Below are positions 36,801 through 44,850 of a stretch of 64,000 nt of DNA, piece after piece (the first letter of the stretch is position 1; every line of letters begins with the position of its first letter). Location of the stretch: positions 8,243-72,242 of IMG/VR virus record IMGVR_UViG_3300046723_000260. One strand, written 5' to 3'. The DNA comes from a virus. The notes below the pieces were generated by a model. It made no database searches. It saw only the letters and a program-made list of their open reading frames with translations, and was not told the DNA's origin. The position numbers were made by a program, and so were the translations under genes.

Positions 36801-38955
36801 GGAGAGCGGGCTCAAGGTGAAGATCACCGGGTTCGCCGGCGACCACGAGGGCGACGCCTCGACGACGCGCTACTACCACGCCGAGCGCGAGGGCGGCGAC
36901 CCGTCGCAGCACGACGACGAGAGCGAGGGCGTCGTGCTGGTCCCGGAGAGCAAGGCGGCGGGCTTCCTCAACCGCAAGCGCGACCAGGCGGTGCTGGCGC
37001 ACGACGAGGCGAACTTCGAGGAGAGCAAGCACCCGCGCGACGCGGAGGGCAAGTTCGCCACGACCGCGGGAGGCGGCGGCGGGCCGAAGGAGTTCGCGAA
37101 GGAGCTGAAGAAGATCGTCGGCAAGCACGGCGAGGGCGGCTCGTTCGAGAGCGCCGAGAAGAAGGCGGTCGCCGCGCTGAAGAACAACGTCGGCGAGGAA
37201 GATCTGGAGGCGGCGCTGTCGCCGGTCGAGGCGCACGAGCTGAAGAAGGCGCACGGCGGCTCGCTCGCCAAGGCGATGCAGAACCTGGCCGAGGAACACG
37301 GCATCGGCGGGGAATCGCTCGCGGAGGAGCCTGATGATGAGGAGGAGGGCTCCCTCTCCGCGAAGCAGATCGAGGATCTCCCGCTGCTCGGCAAGGCGAT
37401 GCAGTTCGTCCACGGCGGCGGGGTACCGCTGACGAACGCCGAAGCGACGACTTTGGCGAGCGAGATGGGAATGGAGATGCAGGACGTGTGGGACATGGTC
37501 GAAACGACCCCGCCCGATCTTACGCCATCGCTGGAAACGAAAGCTCCGGCGGCGACCTCTAGCGGCGGCAAGAAGACCGCGTTCGGCGGCCTGTGGAAGG
37601 TCGGCGTCGGTGCGCCGGGATCGGCCGAGGAGTTCGGCCACAACGTCGGGCACGTCCTCGGGAAGCCGACCAACGCGGGCTCGACCTACCGCACGATGCT
37701 CGGCTTCATGATGAAGAACGCCGCGAAGCACGGCATGCCCGAGATGGCCGAGAAGCTGAAGGACAAGCTCGGCGAGGCGTTCTTCCTGGCCGGCAACAAG
37801 GCGGCGCAGCAAGGCGAGGGCGCGGCCGCGGCGAAGGCGTTCAAGAAGGCGGCCGAGTTGGGATACCTCGGCGGCTCGCCGGCGGCGCCGCTCCTCGCAC
37901 CCGCCGAGAAGGCGGTCGCGGCGGCGGCGAAGGCTCCGACCCCGAAGGCCGCGGCGAAGGCGGCGGAGGAGGTCAAGCCGAGCAGCTTCCCGGCCCCGAC
38001 GGCGCAGGAGCTGGAGAAGGCGAAGAAGTCGGTGCAGCTCCAGTCCGCGTACGTGCCGGGCTTCAACGAGCTGCAGCAGATGAACGGGGCGATGACCGTG
38101 GTCCCGGAGGTGAACAAGCTCGTCAACGAGTTCAACGCCAAGTACGAGGGCAAGACGCTGACCGACGCCGGCGCGCTGGCGCAGAAGGTCAACGACTTCA
38201 AGACGCTCGGGGCGAAGGTCGCGGCGCTGAAGGCTTACGTGCAGCAGAACCAGACCGAGCTGCAAAAGAAGCAGGCGGCGAAGCAGAAGGAGGCGGCGGC
38301 CGAGCAGGCGAAGAAGGCCGCGGCGGAGAAGGAGAAGCTCAAGGCGCAGCACGCCGAGGTCACGAAGGAGCTCGGCATCACCGAGCCGGCCGAGCTGGAA
38401 GCCTTCGACGCGTTCGTCGACCACTTCGGCGGCACGAAGAACGCGCTCGACAAGTTCAAGTCGTGGACGGCGGAGGCGCAATACGCGGCGGCGAAGAACC
38501 CCGGCCACGGCTTCGAGAAGCTCTCCGGCTTCGAGATGGGCTGCATCAAGGCGTACACCGGGCCGCAGTCCGGCTGGATCAACACGGCGATCCGCGACGA
38601 CGCGATGACGCCGGCGCAGTTCATGTTCGAGAAGGTCCTCAACGCCGCGATCGACAAGCTGCCGAAGCAGACCAAGCCGACGAAGCGCGGACTCTCGCTC
38701 GACGCGGCGACGCAGGGGAAGCTCAAGCCCGGCGTGATCTGGACGCACCGCAACTTCGCGAGCAGCAGCTCGAGCGGATGGGGCGGCAACACCAAGCTGC
38801 ACATCACGACCAGCGGCAAGGGCGGCGCATACGTCGACCCGATCTCGTCCCACAAGGGCGAGGACGAGACGCTGTTTAAGAGCAACCTGAAGCTCTATAT
38901 TGAGAAGGTCGAGAACAAGGGCGGCGTGCTGCAGGTTTATTGCAAAGAGATGTGA
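33871..38955 (+). CDS. Portal (DUF1073-type) polyprotein fused to kinase-like, Nudix and ADP-ribosyltransferase domains
   Basis: Portal: FLGYPYLSELAQRPEYR...IHASR...FGGLSL.Q...IPAVKFTG.QP.GLNASSEGE...F.PLW (about 34130-35480). Then FYVK/NE/D...N/DLG kinase-like region, Nudix box GGLEKGLSLQANAIKETWEESGL, and ART R...SSS...EDE. Confidence 0.9.
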   Translation: MGWGGARPGAGRKKPKAPATPPLKPKPTPEMREAERRSVAAMHEMIEASRAAASSAREKQAHLNPFAIRPDLFPPPAVPKAKGMRLAMDDATNWASNAWAASGAVLGAAQEGLMFLGYPYLSELAQRPEYRTFAETIATEATRKWIKLKGSKAEEEAEEKGATPEQAQDEQAEADDKNDKIKDLEGYLNQLQVRDHYAKIALHDGLFGRSHLYYDFGTDLGDDELKTPIGNGRDELTKAKVTTGSLKRLSVIEPVWTYPTTYNASNPLAPDWYNPQVWYVLGREIHASRIPRFVSREVPDILKPAYSFGGLSLTQLAKPYVDIWLTTRASVGQLIHAFSVMVLMTDLESILQPGIATSLLARVNLFNALRDNQGTFVLNKETEEFKNVSAPLSGLHELQAQAQEHMMSVARIPAVKFTGMQPQGLNASSEGEIRAFYDTIEAFQNAFFRPKLNTTLDFAMISLWGARDEEIVYDFEPLWALSEKEKGELRKADAETDQIRIDTGVVSSEEVRAKVAADPDSGFDNLDPNDVPDLLEEEAQGLQPEGGRPQPIAQGDPTGEVSEGGGANDAVVPFGGGADEAGFEESKHPRDDGGKFTSGSGGGKGVPHAPQFGLQHGKFTAPGGGSSSSSWFTGFGAKKTNVGEPIDVSKMKKVGAQMGSNPGGVFEGEGGEKFYVKRGKSKAHVRNEMVAAALYDLAGTPTLKYRPVEGGEHVATEMAKLDKDNAAKLSKAERAEAARDFAVHAWLANWDAVGTGGDNLGTVRGVPTALDLGGALEFRAQGAPKGKAFGTKVGELDTLRDGSNHDAAKMFGDMTPAQMRESARYVAAIGDQKIKDAVEKNGGDAALAEKLIKRRDDIAERMKTFGEDGDPESPDGTMVVPAGGKMPIKKLNGVAFKPWRPPADWAAVDGQAEIDEPEFFVTPGKRASTGVIVREADGRVWLIQPRNGYGGYEGTFPKGGLEKGLSLQANAIKETWEESGLKVKITGFAGDHEGDASTTRYYHAEREGGDPSQHDDESEGVVLVPESKAAGFLNRKRDQAVLAHDEANFEESKHPRDAEGKFATTAGGGGGPKEFAKELKKIVGKHGEGGSFESAEKKAVAALKNNVGEEDLEAALSPVEAHELKKAHGGSLAKAMQNLAEEHGIGGESLAEEPDDEEEGSLSAKQIEDLPLLGKAMQFVHGGGVPLTNAEATTLASEMGMEMQDVWDMVETTPPDLTPSLETKAPAATSSGGKKTAFGGLWKVGVGAPGSAEEFGHNVGHVLGKPTNAGSTYRTMLGFMMKNAAKHGMPEMAEKLKDKLGEAFFLAGNKAAQQGEGAAAAKAFKKAAELGYLGGSPAAPLLAPAEKAVAAAAKAPTPKAAAKAAEEVKPSSFPAPTAQELEKAKKSVQLQSAYVPGFNELQQMNGAMTVVPEVNKLVNEFNAKYEGKTLTDAGALAQKVNDFKTLGAKVAALKAYVQQNQTELQKKQAAKQKEAAAEQAKKAAAEKEKLKAQHAEVTKELGITEPAELEAFDAFVDHFGGTKNALDKFKSWTAEAQYAAAKNPGHGFEKLSGFEMGCIKAYTGPQSGWINTAIRDDAMTPAQFMFEKVLNAAIDKLPKQTKPTKRGLSLDAATQGKLKPGVIWTHRNFASSSSSGWGGNTKLHITTSGKGGAYVDPISSHKGEDETLFKSNLKLYIEKVENKGGVLQVYCKEM

Positions 38956-38957
38956 CG

Positions 38958-39281
38958 ATGGTCGAGCGAATCGACGCCACGCAGATGCTCCTGACGCCGG
39001 AGGAGGCCGCGCAGTTCGACGCGCAGGCCGCGGCGCAGGCGAGCGGATCCGCGAGCAAGGCCGAGGCGCGCTACCAGAACGAGCCGCGCGGCGAGGAGAG
39101 GTGCGACAAGTGCTCGATGTTCGTCGCGGGCTTCCCCACGGACCCCGGCGGCTTCTGCACGAAGGTCACGTCGTTCCGCGGCGGCCCGCTCGGCACGATC
39201 TTCGCGGACGGCTGGTGCAGGTTCTTCGAGCCGGACCCGCTCGCGGAGGAGCAGCCCGAGGACTTCGCGGACTTGAAATGA
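38958..39281 (+). CDS. HiPIP-like (high-potential Fe-S) four-cysteine protein
   Basis: SKAEARYQNEP...CDKCSMF...CTKV...I.ADGWCRFF follows the HiPIP YQ-CxxC-F-C-GWC pattern. Confidence 0.65.
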   Translation: MVERIDATQMLLTPEEAAQFDAQAAAQASGSASKAEARYQNEPRGEERCDKCSMFVAGFPTDPGGFCTKVTSFRGGPLGTIFADGWCRFFEPDPLAEEQPEDFADLK

Positions 39282-40063
39282 TCGCCAAGTCGGCCGCGCG
39301 CGCGATTCGCCCGAACGCCGGGATCGAGGCGGCGTACCGCAAGCGGCTCCGCCTCCTGCTGGAGGAGATGCGGCGCTCGGTCGAGCACTGGATCGAGGCC
39401 GCCTACCGGGACAACCCGCCGATCGCGATGGACTCGCCGGCCTCCGACCTCGACCGCGAGATGCGAAGGCTGTCGCGGCAATGGCGGCGGCGGTTCAACG
39501 AGGCTGCGCCGGAGATCGCGGCGCTGTTCGCGAGGCGCGCGCGAGGAGGAGCCGACGCGACGCTGCTGCGGATGCTCAAGCAGGCCGGCTTCACGGTCCC
39601 GTTCCGGATGACCAAGGGCATGCGCGACGTGGTCGACGCGACGGTCGCGGAGAACGTCTCGCTGATCCGCTCGATCCCGGAGAAGTACCTCGGCGACGTC
39701 CAGACGTCGGTGATGCAGAGCGTCAAGGCCGGCCGCGACCTCGCGACGCTGTCGAAGGACCTTCGCAAGAACTACGGCGTGAGCTACCGGCGCGCGGCGC
39801 TGATCGCCCGCGACCAGAACAACAAGGCCACGAGCGCGCTGATGCGGGTCCGCCAGGTCGACCTCGGGCTCGAGAAGGGCGTGTGGCTGCACTCGCACGC
39901 CGGCAAGGAGCCGCGGCCGACCCACCTCGCCAACCACGGCAAGAAGTTCGACCTCAAGGAGGGCTGGTTCGACCCCGACCCGCGCGTCCGCAAGCGCATC
40001 CTGCCCGGCGAGCTGATCAACTGCCGCTGCGTCTGGAAGCCCGTCGTCCCGGGGCTGACGTGA
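39278..40063 (+). CDS. Head morphogenesis protein (MuF/SPP1 gp7 family)
   Basis: ENVSLIRSIP...RAALIARDQNNK...WLHS...RPTH...PGELINCRC. Confidence 0.92.
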   Translation: MIAKSAARAIRPNAGIEAAYRKRLRLLLEEMRRSVEHWIEAAYRDNPPIAMDSPASDLDREMRRLSRQWRRRFNEAAPEIAALFARRARGGADATLLRMLKQAGFTVPFRMTKGMRDVVDATVAENVSLIRSIPEKYLGDVQTSVMQSVKAGRDLATLSKDLRKNYGVSYRRAALIARDQNNKATSALMRVRQVDLGLEKGVWLHSHAGKEPRPTHLANHGKKFDLKEGWFDPDPRVRKRILPGELINCRCVWKPVVPGLT

Positions 40064-40254
40064 CCTCCGTCCTCCACATGAACCTGCTGCGGTTCCGGTG
40101 CGCCTACGCCCCCGGATTCCTCGGCGTGAGCGAGGAGGAGATCGACGCGATGAAGCGCGGCGCGCTGCCGGCGGAGCGCGTCGCCGAGATCGTCAAGGTC
40201 GCGGAAGTCGCCGCCGAGGGGCTGCGCGAGTCGCCCGTCCAGGGGACGTGCTGA
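40060..40254 (+). CDS. Hypothetical protein
   Basis: GTGA overlap with the MuF stop. Confidence 0.4.
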   Translation: MTSVLHMNLLRFRCAYAPGFLGVSEEEIDAMKRGALPAERVAEIVKVAEVAAEGLRESPVQGTC

Positions 40255-40334
40255 CGCGGCGGCGTGACAGGTCGCGGCTTTGATGTTAAAGACTCAGCCA
40301 TCGAATCGGCCTTCGCGATCCTGGGGAGAGCTTC

Positions 40335-40811
40335 ATGTCGAATTTTTCCGGTCCGCTTTTGGTTGGCACGGTCGCGGGCACCTACAAGAGCGCGGGCGTC
40401 CTCGCCGCGGCGGGCCGCCGCGCGATGGTCTACGAGGCCGAGTTCGGCCAGACCGCGGCGCTGGCCTCGACCGACTGCCAATGCCAGTGGGACCTTTCCC
40501 GGATCGCCAGCACCAACACGATGGCCGCGACCGCGGTGGCGATGAACCTTCTGGACCCCGCCGACATCGCCGCGACGACGCTGTTCTACAACACCGTGAC
40601 CACCGAGCCGCCGAACATCACGACCGTCGGCCTCGGCCTCAACCTGAAGAACTGGGCGATCAACCAGCGCGGAAGCTACCGCTGGCGCGCGCTCGACGAC
40701 GGCGACAACATCATCGTCGCCTCCGGCGCCTCGCAGGGCCTCGCGCTCCGGGTGCTGTCCTCGAACTTCACCGGCTCCGCGGTCGGGACGTTGAGCATCA
40801 TCGAGCGGTGA
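40335..40811 (+). CDS. Putative virion beta-sandwich protein
   Basis: SD GGGGAG; Thr/Ala/Ser-rich beta pattern; preceded by a promoter-like motif. Confidence 0.6.
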   Translation: MSNFSGPLLVGTVAGTYKSAGVLAAAGRRAMVYEAEFGQTAALASTDCQCQWDLSRIASTNTMAATAVAMNLLDPADIAATTLFYNTVTTEPPNITTVGLGLNLKNWAINQRGSYRWRALDDGDNIIVASGASQGLALRVLSSNFTGSAVGTLSIIER

Positions 40812-40815
40812 TCGC

Positions 40816-41115
40816 TTGCCTCGGCTCGTAAGGCTGAAGCCGGGAGCGGTCTCCCAATACTTCGACGAGCCCGGCCAGTCCGGCCGGGTTCGCGAGATCC
40901 ACTCCTCGACCTGCTCGCACTGCCAGCACATGACCGAGTTTCCGTCGATGCGGCGGATGATGGAGTTCGTCGAGATCTGCCGCGGCTGCATGAAGCTGAT
41001 CTGCCTCGGCTGCGTCGGGAAGCCCTGCGTCCCCTTCGAGAAACGTGTGGACATCAAGGAGCGGGAGGACGAGCTCCACGCGAAACTCGTGCGCGAGGGC
41101 TGGCGCTGCTATTAG
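40816..41115 (+). CDS. Cys-rich zinc-binding protein
   Basis: CSHCQH, CRGC, CLGC, PC.PFE. Confidence 0.6.
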   Translation: MPRLVRLKPGAVSQYFDEPGQSGRVREIHSSTCSHCQHMTEFPSMRRMMEFVEICRGCMKLICLGCVGKPCVPFEKRVDIKEREDELHAKLVREGWRCY

Positions 41116-41157
41116 AATGCCCCCCGATATTCTTTTCCACGCGAGGGCAAACATTCC

Positions 41158-41739
41158 ATGTCGACCTGCGACCACTGCGCGCTCTGGCTGGTGCGCCGAG
41201 AGACCGGCTACGACGGCGGCGAGATCGTCGTCACCTGGTTCGACCCCGACGGCCGCGGCAAGTGCCTGGGACCGCTCAAGGGCGTCCTGACCGAGCCGGA
41301 GTTCGGCTGCAACTCGTTCCAGGATGGCGGTCCGCTGATCGAGACCTCCCGCAAGGGCGGCCACCCGTGGCAGCACGCGACGCCGATCCCGTGCCCCGAC
41401 TGCCGCAAGCCCGGCTGCGGCTTCGTCGCGCCCGGCGAATGCACGGCGATCGGCTGCCCCGGGACCGACAAGTGCCTCGGGCTCGGCAGCGCCAACGACG
41501 GGGCCGACGGCCGCTGCGTCGGCACCGGGACCGTGCTGCGCTACGACGACGGCTTCGTCGGCGACAACCGCACGAAGAAGCACCCGAAGGAATCGGAGCG
41601 GGTCGAGCCGAGGTCGTGCCAGCGGTGCGCCAGGCCGGTCGAGACGACGTGGCTGCACTGCCCCCACTGCGGGCAGAACCTGCACGAGGAGGGGAAGACC
41701 GAGGTCCTCAACGACGTCCTGACCGGAGGCATCACGTGA
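41158..41739 (+). CDS. Cys-rich multi-zinc-finger protein
   Basis: CDHC, CPDC, CLGLG..C.GTG (DnaJ-like), CQRC..CPHCG. Confidence 0.65.
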   Translation: MSTCDHCALWLVRRETGYDGGEIVVTWFDPDGRGKCLGPLKGVLTEPEFGCNSFQDGGPLIETSRKGGHPWQHATPIPCPDCRKPGCGFVAPGECTAIGCPGTDKCLGLGSANDGADGRCVGTGTVLRYDDGFVGDNRTKKHPKESERVEPRSCQRCARPVETTWLHCPHCGQNLHEEGKTEVLNDVLTGGIT

Positions 41740-44078
41740 GAAGCGAGCACTTCTGGAGCTGGTTCGACGGCCACGCGGTGCCGCGGCTCAAGGGCGGCAA
41801 CCCGCAGATGAACCGGGTCAACACGTTCCGGGCGATGTTCGAGCACCTCGACGGCTTCGAGGAGCCGCTGATCGTCGAGACCGGCTGCATCGAGGAGCCG
41901 GACAACTGGGTCGGCAACGGCTGCTCGACCATCATGTTCGACAAGTACGCGGACTTCGCCGGCGGCTTCGTCAGGTCGGTCGACATCGACCGGGGGAAGG
42001 CTTCGCGGGCCAACGCGCTGACCGGCGAGCGCACGACCGTCGCCTGCGCCGACAGCGTCGCGTTCTTGAAGGCGCTGGGCGCGCAGCCGGAAATTCCGGC
42101 GCTGGTCTACCTCGACGCGTCGCACCTCAACTGGCAGGTCGAGACCGAGGCGCAGGTCCACCACTTCCTGGAGCTGAAGGCGATCTGGCCGCGGCTGGCG
42201 CCCGACACGATGGTCGCGGTCGACGACAGCCCGGCGATCCTCGACGAGAACGGCCGGCTGATCATCTGCGGCAAGGGCGGGCTCGTCGCCCGGCACGCCG
42301 GCGAGGTCGGCGCGGCGCTGGCGTTCACCGAGTACCAGAGCGGCTGGACCGGCTTCCCCGGCTCGCCGGAGCGCACCGACGAGGCGGCCGAGGAGATCCT
42401 CGGGCGCGCGCGGTGGCTCCTGGAGAACGGCGAGTGGGCGAAGGCGCACCCGCTCTACCGCTCGGTCCTGGTCCGCACCCCGCCGCCCTGGAACGGCGTC
42501 CAGCGCGTCATGCACGGCGAGGCTTGCGCGTTCTTCGCGCGGCTCGCGCTCCAGCACGAGCGGCCCGGCGCCGCGTTCGACTGGTTCAAGCGGGCGCTGG
42601 AGGCCGACCCGATGGCGGCCGACTACCGCGTCGAGCTGGTCAACAAGGCGATGCTGCCGCTCGGCATGACCGGCGCGGCGAAGTCGGAGGCCGAGCGGGC
42701 GACCAAGATCGAGCCGTCGAACCAGTACGCCTGGCGGACGCTCGGCCTGGTCGAGGGAAGGCTGAACAACGCGGCGAAGAGCCTCGCCGCGCACGAGGAG
42801 CAGGCGCGGCTGACCGGGCGGTCGACCGTGGCGCTGCTCGACGTGGTCGCGACGCTCGTCGACGTCGAGCGGTACGAGGAGGCGGCGACGCTGCTCAACG
42901 AGGTCGAGGCGCGCGACCCGAACGACGCGATGATGGGCGACGTCCGGCAGTGCCAGGCGATGATCCTGGCGCGGCACGGCGACCACGAGGCGGCGATCCA
43001 GCTCTTCGAGGACGCGATCGAGATCGGCTGCTGCGACCCGACGCTCTGCCACTTCCACCTCTCGCTGTCGCTGCACTCGATCGGGCGCTACCGCGAGGGC
43101 TGGGCGCACCACTCGATGCGGGCGAAGAACGCGAGCGACCCGGCGCTGTTCGTGCCGATGCGGCGGTTCGACCGGCCGCTCTTCACGCTCGACGCGCCGC
43201 CGTCGACGGTCCACGTCCACGCCGAGGCGGGAGCGGGCGACAACATCGCGATGCTGCGCTACCTGCCGCTGCTCCGGGAGATGGGCCACAAGGTCCGCTA
43301 CGAGTGCCGCGACGAGCTGCTCGAGCTGGCGCGCTTCAGCCTGCCCGGCGTCGAGGTCGTGCCGATGGCGAAGGACTACCCCGGCAGCCTGGGGCTGCGG
43401 GACTTCGACCTGCACTGCCCGGTCGGCGAGCTGCCGCACGCGTTCGGGACCGAGGTCGACACGGTGCCGTGGAGCGGTCCGTACCTCTCGGCCGACCCGG
43501 GGTGGGCCGAGCGGTTCGCCGAGCACAAGGGCAAGATCGGCCTCGCGTGGTCGTCCGGCATCCGCCCGGAGGGCATCTGGCTCAAGCGGTACGGCGAGCT
43601 GAAGTCGCTGAAGTTCAGGGACGTCGGTCGGCTGCTTTGGCAGGGCGACGGGTGGACCAAGCGGGCGTGGGAGAGGATGGTGTCGCTCCAGGTCGGATCG
43701 GGCCGCGAGGAGAACGACAAGCTGCTCCTCGCCGACGTGCTGAGCGAGAGCCCGACGTGGGCGGAGACCGCGGGGCTGCTCGCGAACCTCGACCTCGTCA
43801 TCACGCCGGACACCGGGCTCGCGCACCTCGCCGGCGCGATGGGCAAGCGCACGATCCTGCTGATGCACTGCCACAACAGCGGCTGGCACTTCATGTGCGA
43901 GCGGCCCGGCGCGTTTTGGAACGAGCGCAGTCCGTGGTATCCGAGCGTCACCGTCGTCCGCCAGCGCGAATCGGGGCGGTGGGACGACGTCGTCGATCGC
44001 GCGCTCGGGATGGTCGAGCTGTGGGAGCGGACGCATGACCACGCAGAGGTGGCGGAGCCGGCGGGACCGGGAGCCTGA
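41736..44078 (+). CDS. Class I SAM methyltransferase - TPR - GT9-like glycosyltransferase fusion
   Basis: IVETG...SVDID...DSV.FL...YLDAS...VDD...GKG (MTase); TPR helices; AEAGAGDNI..LRY...DLHCP..ELP...IGLAWS...SLQ...ETAGLLANLDLVITPDTGLAHLAGAMG...SPWYPS..V.RQ...W. Confidence 0.85.
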   Translation: MRSEHFWSWFDGHAVPRLKGGNPQMNRVNTFRAMFEHLDGFEEPLIVETGCIEEPDNWVGNGCSTIMFDKYADFAGGFVRSVDIDRGKASRANALTGERTTVACADSVAFLKALGAQPEIPALVYLDASHLNWQVETEAQVHHFLELKAIWPRLAPDTMVAVDDSPAILDENGRLIICGKGGLVARHAGEVGAALAFTEYQSGWTGFPGSPERTDEAAEEILGRARWLLENGEWAKAHPLYRSVLVRTPPPWNGVQRVMHGEACAFFARLALQHERPGAAFDWFKRALEADPMAADYRVELVNKAMLPLGMTGAAKSEAERATKIEPSNQYAWRTLGLVEGRLNNAAKSLAAHEEQARLTGRSTVALLDVVATLVDVERYEEAATLLNEVEARDPNDAMMGDVRQCQAMILARHGDHEAAIQLFEDAIEIGCCDPTLCHFHLSLSLHSIGRYREGWAHHSMRAKNASDPALFVPMRRFDRPLFTLDAPPSTVHVHAEAGAGDNIAMLRYLPLLREMGHKVRYECRDELLELARFSLPGVEVVPMAKDYPGSLGLRDFDLHCPVGELPHAFGTEVDTVPWSGPYLSADPGWAERFAEHKGKIGLAWSSGIRPEGIWLKRYGELKSLKFRDVGRLLWQGDGWTKRAWERMVSLQVGSGREENDKLLLADVLSESPTWAETAGLLANLDLVITPDTGLAHLAGAMGKRTILLMHCHNSGWHFMCERPGAFWNERSPWYPSVTVVRQRESGRWDDVVDRALGMVELWERTHDHAEVAEPAGPGA

Positions 44079-44181
44079 CCGGCGGGAGCTCCGCGAGATC
44101 GCCGAGAGCCCGCACAACCGGCGGCTCAACGCCGAGCTGATGCGCGCGCTGCGGCGCAAGAAGCGGAGGCGGTGAGGTGCG

Positions 44182-44850
44182 ATGCCCCTGGTCGACTCCA
44201 ACCAAGCCTCGCTCTGGGACGGCAGCAGCGACCTCTCGCTCTATCGCGCCTGGGTCAACAACCTGCCGGTCGGCTACCAGCGGATGGCCGACGGCAGCAG
44301 CCCGTTCATCGGCAACGACGCGAAGGCGCTGATCGCGGCGCTGGAGAGCCGCGGCCTGCTCAAGACGCACCGGCTCGTGCTGATCGGCGCGGGCTTCGGC
44401 TTCGTCCACGACGAGTTCCTCGCGGCGGGTTATGGGCCGACCGCCGACGGCACGGCGAACGGCAAGCTGCTGAGCGTCGACACCTCGACCTACATCCAGG
44501 CCAACCTCAATGGCAACGCGCGCGTCCCGATCCTGAACGCCGACGTGAACGCGGCGACCGGGCGCCGGACGGTGCGCCAGCAGTTCGGCAGCAACAACGC
44601 CGCGGTCGACTGGATCGTCACCGAGGACGTGCTCGGCACGCTGATCGGCGCCGGGCCGACGCCGGGCGGCAACAACGAGATCGTGCCGCTCTGCCAGAAC
44701 CTCCGCACATTCACCGCCAACGTCGCGCACTGGATCAGCCCGCTGACGGCGAGCAGCGACCCGCGCCTCAACTGGAAGGCGATGAGCGAGTGGAAAGCCT
44801 GGGTCGCGCCTGACCTGGTGATCCAGCGCGGCACCTCGGCGGTGCTGTAA
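44182..44850 (+). CDS. Hypothetical protein with Rossmann/MTase-like motif
   Basis: LVLIGAGFGF...SVDTS.Y...DWIVTEDVL. Confidence 0.55.
   Translation: MPLVDSNQASLWDGSSDLSLYRAWVNNLPVGYQRMADGSSPFIGNDAKALIAALESRGLLKTHRLVLIGAGFGFVHDEFLAAGYGPTADGTANGKLLSVDTSTYIQANLNGNARVPILNADVNAATGRRTVRQQFGSNNAAVDWIVTEDVLGTLIGAGPTPGGNNEIVPLCQNLRTFTANVAHWISPLTASSDPRLNWKAMSEWKAWVAPDLVIQRGTSAVL

Noticed and set aside
33790-38853. 1687-aa minus-strand ORF and similar long antisense ORFs (e.g. 20655-23081, 41541-44201, 45498-49202, 49667-52138)
   Set aside because: Shadow frames of high-GC3 genes; Arg/Ala/Leu-rich with no motifs, while the opposite strand has clear family signatures
35480-38955. Portal extension as an intein
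   Set aside because: No C/S...HN splice junctions or LAGLIDADG motifs, and the portal domain is not interrupted
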